Assembly: GCA_947259115.1 (NCBI GenBank)
Contig: CAMYKS010000004.1
Span: 2,810 to 66,809, forward strand
From: an uncultured Desulfobulbaceae bacterium
GTDB taxonomy: Bacteria > Desulfobacterota > Desulfobulbia > Desulfobulbales > BM004
DNA: 64,000 nucleotides
Direction: 5' to 3'
Shown in pieces: positions 37,623 to 46,520 of this stretch. The notes beneath the pieces were generated by a model. It was not told the DNA's origin. It did not search any database and saw only the letters and a program-made list of their open reading frames with translations. How positions within the stretch are numbered: the first letter of the stretch is position 1; every line of letters begins with the position of its first letter. The position numbers and the translations under genes were made by a program.

Positions 37623-40130
37623 TCACTCTTCCGGTGTAAAAAACCGTAACCGCAGGGCATTGGTTACAACAGACACCGAACTCATGGCCATGGCACCACC
37701 GGCAATCATGGGGTTTAAGGTGGGGCCGCCGAAAATATAGAGCAGGCCTGCGGCAACAGGGATTCCCACGACATTGTAAGCAAAGGCCCAGAAAAGATTC
37801 TGTTTGATATTGCGCATGGTTGCCCTGCTGAGTGAAATAGCGGTGAGCACACCACTGAGTTCCCCCTTCATGAGCACGATATCGCCCGACTCCACAGCCA
37901 CATCAATGCCGGTGCCCATGGCAATTCCCACATCGGCTTTTGCCAGGGCCGGGGCGTCGTTGATGCCGTCGCCAACCATGCCGACCTTCATGCCCTTACC
38001 CTGTAACTCTGCCACCTTTTCCGCTTTAAAATGCGGCAGGACTTCAGCCATGACATCTTCGATGCCTGCCTGGACCGCAATTGCTGCAGCTGTTATTTTA
38101 TTGTCACCGGTGAGCATGAAAATCTTGATTCCCATGTTTTTCAGCCTGTTGATTGTCTGCGGGGTTTCAGGCTTTATCTTGTCGGCTATGGCCAGCAAAG
38201 CTGCCATCTCGCCATTGATCGCCAAAAAAAGGGAAGTCTTGCCGGAGGCGGCAAATTCCTCAGCCCTGCGGTCAACAGATGGATAGTCAAAATGTCCAAC
38301 CTGCTCCCAGATAAACTCCCTGTTGCCAAGAAGAAGGATTTTATCTTCCATGGAAGCTTTAATTCCTTTGCCTGGAATGGCCTCAAAGGTATCCGGTTCC
38401 TTTAACTGCAGGTTCCTTGTCCGGGCTTCCTGGACTATCGCCTCTGCCAGGGGATGCTCGGATACACTTTCCGCTCCTGCAACAAGAGCCAAGATCTTAT
38501 CTTCCGACTCACCTGCATCCTGCACCAGCTCAAAATCGGTTAGCTGCGGTTTGCCATAGGTAAGGGTGCCCGTCTTGTCAAAGACTAAAGCGTTTATCCC
38601 CTGGGCCATTTCCAAGGCCTCCCCGCTTTTAATGAGAACCCCGAGCTGGGCGCCTCTGCCGGTGCCGACCATGATCGATGTGGGTGTTGCCAGTCCCATG
38701 GCGCATGGGCAGGCAATTACAAGCACAGCGATGAATATGCGCAGGGCAAAGGGAAACGGTGCCCCGCCGATAAAGTACCAGGCCAGTCCGGACAGCGTTG
38801 CTATGACCATCACCGTCGGCACAAAATACAAACTTATCCTGTCGGCCAGGTTTGCGATGGGTGCCTTGGAACCCTGGGCTTCACGCACCATTTTAATGAT
38901 ACGTGCCAAAACGGTATCCTGGCCGACACGTTCAGCCAGTACCCGCAGCATGCCGTTCTTATTCAGGGTACCGCCGATAACCCTGTCCCCTTCTTCCTTT
39001 GAAACGGGCAGGCTTTCTCCGGTCAGCATGGATTCATCAACGCTGGAATGCCCCTTCTTAACCGTACCGTCCACTGAAACTCTTTCACCGGGTCGCACCA
39101 GGATCAGGTCTCCGGCTTCGATATCGGATACAAGAATGGAAACCTGTGCCTCATTTTCCGCACCCGGGTTTTTTATAAGTGTTGCCTTGTCAGGTGTTAA
39201 TTCCATGAGTTGACTGATGGCATCAGAGGTCTTGGCCTTGGAGCGCGTCTCCAGGTATTTGCCCAAAGAAACCAGGGCGATAAGCATCGCGGCAGACTCG
39301 TAGTACAGGTCCATTACCCGGGTCATTGCGTCAAGGCCCAGAGAAATTTCAATGAGATTCCAGGTTGAATAGATAAAAGCTGCCCCTGTGCCCACTGCTA
39401 TGAGTGAATCCATATTGGGTGATTTTCTGATAAGGGCGGGAAAGCCATTGAGATAAAAGCGGCGGCCGGACCACATAACCGGCAAAACCAGAAGAAACTG
39501 GGTCAAGGCAAACTTAAAGGGAGCATTATGGGGATCGAGGAATTTCGGCAGCGGCATGCCGAGCATTTCGCCCATGGAAAGCACCAGCAAAGCAAAGGCA
39601 AAAGCAAAAGCCGGGATAAGCTCTTTTTTCATCCTGGTCAGTTTTGCCTTGGTTTCCCTCTGCTGTTTTAGCAGCAGGTTTTCATCCTGTTCCGCCAACG
39701 GTTCAGCTTCAAATCCAAGACCGGAAATGGTTTCCAGTATTCTGCGCTTGCTGATTATGTCAGGGTCAAATACAACAACACCTGTCTCTGCTGCCAGATT
39801 AACCTGCATCTTCCGCACACCATTATGGTTTGATATCACCTTCTCGATGCGTGCCGAACACGAAGCACAGGTCATACCCTTAATTTCCAGGTCAAGGGTT
39901 ACCTCGCTGGCAGGTATCTCAAGTTCAAAACCAAGGCCGGCAACCTGGCTTGAAATATCATCAAGTGAAAGTTTCGCATCATCCCATTCCACCTCCATGG
40001 TTTCTGCAGCCAGATTCACTGAAACAGCACTGATACCGGCCTGGGATGACAGTACTTTTTCAATGCGGGCAGAACAGGAAGCACAGGTCATACCCTTAAC
40101 AGCAAGCGTTTTTTTCTGTAATTCAGCCAT
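37623..40130 (-). CDS. copA: copper-translocating P1B-type ATPase with two N-terminal HMA domains
   Basis: 2 x [18 protein letters not shown] (LTGESLPV), CPC ([11 protein letters not shown]), [15 protein letters not shown]. Confidence 0.95.
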   Translation of the reverse strand: MAELQKKTLAVKGMTCASCSARIEKVLSSQAGISAVSVNLAAETMEVEWDDAKLSLDDISSQVAGLGFELEIPASEVTLDLEIKGMTCASCSARIEKVISNHNGVRKMQVNLAAETGVVVFDPDIISKRRILETISGLGFEAEPLAEQDENLLLKQQRETKAKLTRMKKELIPAFAFAFALLVLSMGEMLGMPLPKFLDPHNAPFKFALTQFLLVLPVMWSGRRFYLNGFPALIRKSPNMDSLIAVGTGAAFIYSTWNLIEISLGLDAMTRVMDLYYESAAMLIALVSLGKYLETRSKAKTSDAISQLMELTPDKATLIKNPGAENEAQVSILVSDIEAGDLILVRPGERVSVDGTVKKGHSSVDESMLTGESLPVSKEEGDRVIGGTLNKNGMLRVLAERVGQDTVLARIIKMVREAQGSKAPIANLADRISLYFVPTVMVIATLSGLAWYFIGGAPFPFALRIFIAVLVIACPCAMGLATPTSIMVGTGRGAQLGVLIKSGEALEMAQGINALVFDKTGTLTYGKPQLTDFELVQDAGESEDKILALVAGAESVSEHPLAEAIVQEARTRNLQLKEPDTFEAIPGKGIKASMEDKILLLGNREFIWEQVGHFDYPSVDRRAEEFAASGKTSLFLAINGEMAALLAIADKIKPETPQTINRLKNMGIKIFMLTGDNKITAAAIAVQAGIEDVMAEVLPHFKAEKVAELQGKGMKVGMVGDGINDAPALAKADVGIAMGTGIDVAVESGDIVLMKGELSGVLTAISLSRATMRNIKQNLFWAFAYNVVGIPVAAGLLYIFGGPTLNPMIAGGAMAMSSVSVVTNALRLRFFTPEE

Positions 40131-40266
40131 GTTTGTTTCTCATAGAATTAGATGGATTAAGGTGCGCATGTTGATCAACTATAAGCACAAACCCAGATTG
40201 AAACAATCCGATAGACAATTACCGCACAAGAAAGTTTGTCATGTAATTTCTATATTTTTATGAGCA

Positions 40267-40676
40267 CGATGCGGACATCTATACCGTGCTAACCATATAT
40301 TTCAGTAGGTAGCACTATTTTCGATAAAATTTTTCAAATGCTCCAAATATTTATCAGCATCATAAAAAACGATGCGGACACGTATACCTTTTGAAACATT
40401 TATTGCATCAGGTGGCGCTGGTATTCCGAAGTTTTTTTGAATGCATCAAATATTTGTCGGCATCAAAAAAAATGATGCGGACACGTATACCTCTTGAAAC
40501 TATTTATTGTGTCAGGTGGCGCTGGTATTCCGAAGTTTTTTTGAATGCATCAAATATTTGTCGGCATCATAAAAAAACGATGTGGACACGTATACCTCTT
40601 GAAACTATTTATTGTGTCAGGTGGCGCTGATATTTCGAAGTTTTTTTGAATGCATCAAATATTTGGCAAAAGCATG
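40267..40676. repeat. tandem array, 4 units of ~103-105 bp
   Basis: Units start at 40267, 40370, 40473 and 40578. Units 2-4 are nearly identical and unit 1 is diverged. Each unit contains GTATACC..N~32..GGTATTC, TTGAATGCATCAA, and a junction inverted repeat GCATCA-A7-YGATGC. Confidence 0.9.
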
Positions 40677-40824
40677 TTGCATGATTATTGTTTGAAATCT
40701 GCAGAGATACTCCCTGCTAAACTGTAACTGGACATAAATCATTTTGCATTTTATCATTCTTAAATGTTTGAATTTATGTAAAAAATACTGAAACAAAACA
40801 ACAACTTTACAAAAGGAGAACAAA

Positions 40825-40977
40825 ATGGCTGTATTTAAATGTGAAAAATGTGGCGCTACCAAGGAAGGCAGATGCAAACCTAAAAAATGTCCGGAATGCA
40901 CTGAAACAGGGACCATGCAAAAAAAGGAGGAGAAAAAATCCTCCGGTTGCGGCTGTGCCTGTGCGGCAAAAAAATAA
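40825..40977 (+). CDS. 50-aa Cys-rich zinc-ribbon-like protein with C-terminal GCGCACA motif, absent from the ORF track
   Basis: AAGGAG 7 nt upstream of the ATG at 40825. Translation is MAVFKCEKCGATKEGRCKPKKCPECTETGTMQKKEEKKSSGCGCACAAKK. A strong terminator follows immediately. Confidence 0.7.
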   Translation: MAVFKCEKCGATKEGRCKPKKCPECTETGTMQKKEEKKSSGCGCACAAKK

Positions 40978-40982
40978 AAAAA

Positions 40983-41017
40983 GCCACTGCCAGATAATTT
41001 TGGCAGTGGCTTTTTTT
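40983..41017 (+). terminator. rho-independent terminator
   Basis: 10-bp stem GCCACTGCCA/TGGCAGTGGC with 8-nt loop, followed by TTTTTTT. Confidence 0.85.
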
Positions 41018-41255
41018 ATTTTTTTCCCCAGCCTCAGCACAACCGGGGCACACCTACTGGCCCTTCATAGTAGTTTTTTCCTATAGTATTGTTAGTATAC
41101 CGGCGGGCATAAATATCCTGTTAGCATGATGCCAACAAGTTATATGTGATTGGATTACTTACTGTCCTGGTTACACTCTGTGCATATTCAATTTCAGGAC
41201 AAGTCCCGCTTTGCGGTCATATGCCGCAGTCTTCCCCTGCCGCACATTTTTCACT

Positions 41256-43421
41256 TTACTGGAGAGCAATAATCTCAGTAGCTGTTCCCATGACCACCGG
41301 CTCACCCATGTTGGCTGCTGTCCAGATATCAAATGTGACATTGCCCCATGTCATATGATTTTCAAAAGGCCCGTCAGGAAGATTTCGGGCCCGGCCTCCG
41401 AATTTCTCCGTGTTTTCCGTATCATGCTCATTGAGAAACTCCATGTACTCCCTGTTAAAGGTCTGGTATTTCAGGGTGGCGGTCACGGTAACGGCTCCCT
41501 GTGCCGATGCGGGAATCGTAAAGGCATAGGGTGTCACATCCCAGTTCTGCCCGGTGGGATAGTCCGTATCCTTTGGATCATGGGGAACAATAAAGGCCCC
41601 GTCTTTCATGTACGCCTCTTTATTGTAGCCAAGAGGAGGGATCCTGTTGTCCTTCTCGATATAGTTCATCAGGACGAAATGAAATTCCTCCTCTGCATGG
41701 GTCACAGTCCCGTCTTTGTCCGCATCAATAATGCTGTAACCATCGAGTTTAAAATTCTTGTAGCCCTCTGCCAGGACCAGCTGTTCATAGACTTTGATCA
41801 TGGTCTTCCCCGGGTCCATGACAAAGCCGCCGTTTGCTGCCGCAAAATATTCTTTGCGGGCAAGGGAGCCGTCAGGCAGCAAATATCCGCTTTCAAAGAG
41901 CAGCGTACCCGATTGATCAACTGCCTGTACATGAAGCCACATCTGCCGCCCTTCGGCAAAACCGGAAGGAAGCTTGTGCCCTGTTTTATTCGTCACCTTG
42001 ACATTTACCGTGACCACCTGGCCGGGCGCAGCCTGGGCAGGAGTATTAACCAGTGCTATATCTGCTGCGGTGTCCCGCATAAATGCCCTGTTTCTATTCA
42101 TGGCATCCATATATGACTGGGTTCTCCAGGGATTAACAGAATAATTGTAAGGGGGTTTTGTCCACTTATCATCAATCGGGCCCCAGAGCATGTCGAGCCC
42201 CGGGTAAAGAAGCCAGGTTTGGGCGCCCTGGAATTTCATGGGCACATGACAGTCCTGGCATTTTGTATTGCCGCGGTAACCGCTCCAGTACCATTCGGTA
42301 TAGGTTCTCTCTATGGGGTGGAGCATGCGGTCCACGCCGGAGGTCCTGGTATAGATGAGCGGATTGGTGACATCGTGGCAGGCACCGCAGAATTGACTGG
42401 CGTCTGCAAAACCACCGGAAGATCCGGTGCCCGTGGAATTCTCCCCGTGGCAGTGAGCACAGTCCCTGTGGGCAATAATTTCAAGATAGCCGAAAGAAAA
42501 ATCACGGGTATGACAGGAAAAACACTCATAGATCCCTCCCGATTCGCCTGAGATGGCTTCCGTGCCTTCTGGAATATCTGCTCCGTCTCGAAGATGGTGA
42601 CGCACCCTGGTTGTGTCATTCATATCAGAGAAAAAACTTCCGTTTCCTGCAGCCATCACTCTTCCGTCATAACGGGACTGTCGCGTGTATCCCTCATTGA
42701 ATTTTGCCCGATGGCAGAAATCACACTGCATGCCCTCCATTTCCGCTTCAGACTCTTCAAGGGTATTCACGGCTCGGGGGTTGCCGAACTCATCAACGGG
42801 ATTTTCCTTAAAGGCTGCTCCCCAGAACTGTCCTTTCAGAAAGGGGGCATGGGGCGTCGCAGGCTCAGAGTTCCCCTCCATCCATCCCACCGGAGTATGA
42901 CAGCGCAGGCACATATCCGCTGTCAGGGGAATCTTGTCTTCTTCAAGGAGCTGGATATCACCTCCGGGTATGCAGGGTTCCCCGATGTTGGGGTCATACA
43001 GCTCCAGAGCACAGGCAACTTCTCTTGCCGTCCCAATGCCGACAAGATCGAAAAGGTCCTGATTGAATGTATCGATTCCTTTGGCGACAGCAGCATAGAT
43101 CAGGTTGATAAAATCATTGTTTGCCACATATGTCGTGGCGAAAAAAGCAGGATCACGGGCGGCATTTCCCATGGTCATCCCGGCCCAGTCACGATAATGG
43201 TTCCCGTCTCCCAGGCGTTGGGGCGCCCTGAAGCCTTCCTTCACCGCACACAGGTCCTGGCCCTGGTCATTTAAGACTTCCAAGCCGTAACCGCAGCTGT
43301 TCTCCATAAATCCTCGGGGCTGGGTGGAATCAAAGTCGGTTAATACATTTGCCATCAAAGACCCTGGAGTTGAAAAAACAAGCAATACTAAAGCAATGGT
43401 CTCTATACATTTTACCTTCAT
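41256..43421 (-). CDS. secreted hexahaem c-type cytochrome with non-haem C-terminal domain carrying an EF-hand-like loop
   Basis: Signal peptide. Six CxxCH motifs (CLRCH, CDFCH, CFSCH, CAHCH, CGACH, CQDCH). C-terminal ~260 aa lacks haem motifs and contains VTNKTGHKLPSG and DADKDGTVTHAE. AAGGAGGG is placed for the ATG at 43421. Confidence 0.85.
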   Translation of the reverse strand: MKVKCIETIALVLLVFSTPGSLMANVLTDFDSTQPRGFMENSCGYGLEVLNDQGQDLCAVKEGFRAPQRLGDGNHYRDWAGMTMGNAARDPAFFATTYVANNDFINLIYAAVAKGIDTFNQDLFDLVGIGTAREVACALELYDPNIGEPCIPGGDIQLLEEDKIPLTADMCLRCHTPVGWMEGNSEPATPHAPFLKGQFWGAAFKENPVDEFGNPRAVNTLEESEAEMEGMQCDFCHRAKFNEGYTRQSRYDGRVMAAGNGSFFSDMNDTTRVRHHLRDGADIPEGTEAISGESGGIYECFSCHTRDFSFGYLEIIAHRDCAHCHGENSTGTGSSGGFADASQFCGACHDVTNPLIYTRTSGVDRMLHPIERTYTEWYWSGYRGNTKCQDCHVPMKFQGAQTWLLYPGLDMLWGPIDDKWTKPPYNYSVNPWRTQSYMDAMNRNRAFMRDTAADIALVNTPAQAAPGQVVTVNVKVTNKTGHKLPSGFAEGRQMWLHVQAVDQSGTLLFESGYLLPDGSLARKEYFAAANGGFVMDPGKTMIKVYEQLVLAEGYKNFKLDGYSIIDADKDGTVTHAEEEFHFVLMNYIEKDNRIPPLGYNKEAYMKDGAFIVPHDPKDTDYPTGQNWDVTPYAFTIPASAQGAVTVTATLKYQTFNREYMEFLNEHDTENTEKFGGRARNLPDGPFENHMTWGNVTFDIWTAANMGEPVVMGTATEIIALQ

Positions 43422-43565
43422 GTTCACCATCCCTCCTTTTGTAAATAAAAAACTGCGAAGTAATCACTTTTTCAGCCTGCCCTAATAGTCGGGGCCCTAT
43501 CTCATTTTTATTAGTCCTGCTTTTTTCTGCCCAACCTTTACAGGTACTTCGGCTTTTACTTTTGT

Positions 43566-43619
43566 GGAAAAACACAAGGCCTCCATAGGGAAACGAATAC
43601 ATTCCCCTGGAGGCCTTGT
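43566..43619 (-). terminator. terminator/attenuator-like hairpin in the 5' region of the hexahaem cytochrome gene
   Basis: Perfect 12-bp stem ACAAGGCCTCCA/TGGAGGCCTTGT (43574-43619), followed on the minus strand by G-TTTTT. It lies ~150 nt upstream of the start codon. Confidence 0.5.
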
Positions 43620-43862
43620 AATGGCGTTTTTAAATACACCTCTCTCATTGAAGTTTCCTTCTATTGGAGATTTTATGAATATGCCAGGACTTTGATTTAT
43701 AAAAAAACATATAAACCTGATTGTCAATAAAAATTAGAAAGAACAACTTGGTAGGAATGGTTGCTAATTTAGATGTCTGTGTAAGTCAAACTGGGGATTT
43801 TTTATGATGGAAGGATGGCTGATGGTATTATTCGATAAAATTGATTTTTATATGCCTCTTTA

Positions 43863-43897
43863 ACAAAAGCCCCCCACTGGTAATTCCAGCGGGGGGC
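43863..43897 (-). terminator. rho-independent terminator ending the cytochrome operon
   Basis: Stem GCCCCCCACTGG/CCAGCGGGGGGC (one mismatch), followed on the minus strand by TTTTGTT. It lies 28 bp after the 43925 stop. Confidence 0.75.
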
Positions 43898-43924
43898 TTG
43901 ATTTATTAACTGAAAGGTTGTCTG

Positions 43925-45376
43925 TTACTCTGGTTCATCGTGGCACAGGTCGCAGTCCATTTTGATGTAGTTGCCGGCCTCGGAGGTATGTTCCTCATCA
44001 TGGCAGCGGAAGCAGCCAAAGCCGTTTTCATCATAATACTTATGGCCGAGATGCCCTGAATAAGTACCCCATAGGACATTCATGTTGGGCCAGACATTAT
44101 TCATATAGGACTCAACCAGGTACTCTCCTGCAGCCCTGATATCCTCTCCATTTTCCTCGGCCTGCTTTTCGCTGCGCAGTTTCTGTAGCCCCAGCAGGTG
44201 TTCAGTCATTTTGGCCTCGGCCTCTTCCCTGGACGGGTACTCCCGCTGCAGGGCAATGAGGCTGTCCTCCCTGATGCCTTCAATTTCCGGGTTGATCCTC
44301 TTGCTGAGCAGACCGAAGTCCACTACTTCATCGGGCATATCATAGATGTGGGTAGGACGATTATGGCAGTCGATACAATCCATGGTGCGCCATTCACCTT
44401 CCTCGCCCTCCGGCATCTCAATATCCTCTTTGACAAATTCCTCTTCAGAGCCGTCTGGACGCTTCACCCTGACCCTGGCTACCTGGGTCCGCTTTTTATC
44501 AGCAGCAAGATAACTGACCTCAACATCCTTACTTACATGCCAGTGGATGCCCTCAAAATCTCCGGTCTGGGGATTATGACCGCCGATATGCAGGGCCATT
44601 TCATTGACCTCGGGATTGACCTGGTCATCGTTGGAAAAATGGCTGAATGTCTTAATCTTCTTACCGTGGAACTTATCAGGCCAGTGACACTGTTCACAGG
44701 TGTCCCGGGCAGGACGCAGATGCTCCACCGGTGCCGGGATCGGACGGCTGTAGCTGTCAGCCACAACAGCCAATACCTGGCGTAGGCCTGATATCTTGGC
44801 CTGCACGAACCAGTCGGCGCCAGGGCCGATATGGCATTCCACACAGGCAACCTTTACATGGGGAGAGCGCTGGTAGGCCGTATATTCCGGCGCCATGACA
44901 TCGTGGCACACCATGCCGCAGAAATAAGGTGAATCGGTAAAGTGATAGCCTTCATAACCGACGAGAACAAGAACTGCTAAGTTGACGATGGTCAGGATAA
45001 TGAAGCCGATTATGAATTTACGATGCTTGTGATCACTGAGGTTGATCTGCAGGTGTTCTTTGACAATGCCGTACTTATGGTATTGCTTCCTTCTTAACCA
45101 GGCAGCAAGGGGGATAATCAAAAGACCCAGTATCATGCCGACCGGCAGAATCATAAAGGTTATTATACCGATATAAGGGTTGTGGAAGACTCCCAATACC
45201 TCTGCAATTATGCCGAGTATCATCAAGGTGATACTGACAGTTGTCAGGACTACTCCGAACATTCCAAGGGGTGTACGCCACATCCCCCGGATAATGTGAC
45301 CCCATGGCCCTCTGTAGCTTTTGGTGCCGCCACCTGTTGTAGTTTGCTCTTCCTGGTTTGTTTCGTTCTCAGACAT
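43925..45376 (-). CDS. inner-membrane NapC/NirT-type multihaem cytochrome (ImcH-like architecture)
   Basis: Three N-terminal TM helices, then haem motifs CGMVCH (CX3CH), CVECH, CEQCH, CIDCH, CFRCH, CDLCH. Confidence 0.8.
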   Translation of the reverse strand: MSENETNQEEQTTTGGGTKSYRGPWGHIIRGMWRTPLGMFGVVLTTVSITLMILGIIAEVLGVFHNPYIGIITFMILPVGMILGLLIIPLAAWLRRKQYHKYGIVKEHLQINLSDHKHRKFIIGFIILTIVNLAVLVLVGYEGYHFTDSPYFCGMVCHDVMAPEYTAYQRSPHVKVACVECHIGPGADWFVQAKISGLRQVLAVVADSYSRPIPAPVEHLRPARDTCEQCHWPDKFHGKKIKTFSHFSNDDQVNPEVNEMALHIGGHNPQTGDFEGIHWHVSKDVEVSYLAADKKRTQVARVRVKRPDGSEEEFVKEDIEMPEGEEGEWRTMDCIDCHNRPTHIYDMPDEVVDFGLLSKRINPEIEGIREDSLIALQREYPSREEAEAKMTEHLLGLQKLRSEKQAEENGEDIRAAGEYLVESYMNNVWPNMNVLWGTYSGHLGHKYYDENGFGCFRCHDEEHTSEAGNYIKMDCDLCHDEPE

Positions 45377-45591
45377 TTCTCTTAGCTCTCCTTCGCTATC
45401 TTCTTCATTGGTGCGGATATATAAATATTCCTAAATATAATCAGGCCAGGCTTTTGTAGTCCGGACTTATCTCATTAATTTCTGGTGATCTTTAAACCAC
45501 GATGTGGCAAACAAGGTCAACTCATGAAAGAACCCGTTTATATAACAAAGGGGGTCCCAAAGCTCAACTATTTTTATGTACGAAAAACTAC

Positions 45592-46434
45592 CTATTTTAC
45601 ATACAGGAAGACCATTGAGTAGATAATGGATACAACGAGAGTGAGACCTATAGCCAAAGCGGTAAAACCAAAAACATGGGACACAACAAAAAACCAGCGT
45701 GGTGTCGGGGGCACTTTGATCTCGTCAAGCTTGCCTGCAGCAACGAGCTCGGCATATTCCCGGGGCCGTTCATGCCTCAGTTCTTCCAGGGGCATGGTGC
45801 CGGTGAAAATAACCGGGTCCATGGGAAATTTTTCAGGACGTAAATGGGTATTGAAAAAATGGATGGTGAAAATAAATCCCGATGCCAGCAGGGCCTCATC
45901 GCTGTGGATAATTGTGGCAATGTTAATCCAGTAACCGGGTATGAATATGGTGAATGTTTCAGGGAACCAGAGGCATAATCCCGTTGTACCGATGACTGCC
46001 ACACCCCAGAAGACCGCCATGAAATCAAACTTTTCCCAGTAGGTCCAACGCCCGTATTGCGGCTGCGGCCCCAAACCGAAAAACCACTTGAAGGTCTGGA
46101 TCAGTTCCTTGGCATCGTTCAGGTTAGGAATCATGCTGTCTTTATAAAGGATAAATTGCACAATTGATTTGCCGGACTTCCTCCAATTCTGGTACATGAG
46201 GACAAAGGTTAAGGCAAAGTAGGTAAATGTAACAATGGCCATTAACCTGTGCAGTGCTCCCAAGACCTCAAAGCTGCCAAAAAAATCTGCAACAAATTCA
46301 GCCCATCTCTCCGAGGCAAACTTAAGCGCCATGCCGGTAACAGCCAGGGTCAAAAAGCTGACAATCACCAGAAAGTGCAGAAATCTGGGAAAAATTGAAA
46401 AACGTTGTACATATTCTACTTGTGGGTTGTCCAT
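45592..46434 (-). CDS. membrane b-type cytochrome subunit (FdnI/HydC-like)
   Basis: RFSIFPRFLHFLVIVSFLTLAVTG opening typical of FdnI/HydC-type dihaem b subunits, 5 TM helices, conserved His (HRL, IHSDEALLA, HFFNTH). Confidence 0.7.
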   Translation of the reverse strand: MDNPQVEYVQRFSIFPRFLHFLVIVSFLTLAVTGMALKFASERWAEFVADFFGSFEVLGALHRLMAIVTFTYFALTFVLMYQNWRKSGKSIVQFILYKDSMIPNLNDAKELIQTFKWFFGLGPQPQYGRWTYWEKFDFMAVFWGVAVIGTTGLCLWFPETFTIFIPGYWINIATIIHSDEALLASGFIFTIHFFNTHLRPEKFPMDPVIFTGTMPLEELRHERPREYAELVAAGKLDEIKVPPTPRWFFVVSHVFGFTALAIGLTLVVSIIYSMVFLYVK

Positions 46435-46520
46435 AATGAATCTTCCTTCTCAAAAACTCTCGGCTCTGCCGACATTTCTGTTTATATTCAAATTACTTTA
46501 AGAGCTGTTTTATTTTATCC

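Noticed and set aside
39900-39960. Possible programmed -1 frameshift site after the first HMA domain of copA, by analogy with the CopA(Z) product known from E. coli.
   Set aside because: No X-XXY-YYZ slippery heptamer is present in the linker between the two HMA domains in the correct frame.
40410-40425. Sigma54-like sequence TGGCGCTGGTATTCC present in each tandem unit.
   Set aside because: The -12 position reads TTCC (TTTC in unit 4) instead of TTGC, so the invariant GC dinucleotide is missing.
40391-40630. 79-aa ORF in the track running through the 103-bp tandem array.
   Set aside because: The translation simply repeats with the DNA unit (..TRIPLETIYCVRWRW.. twice). No RBS is present and the frame is not maintained across all units.
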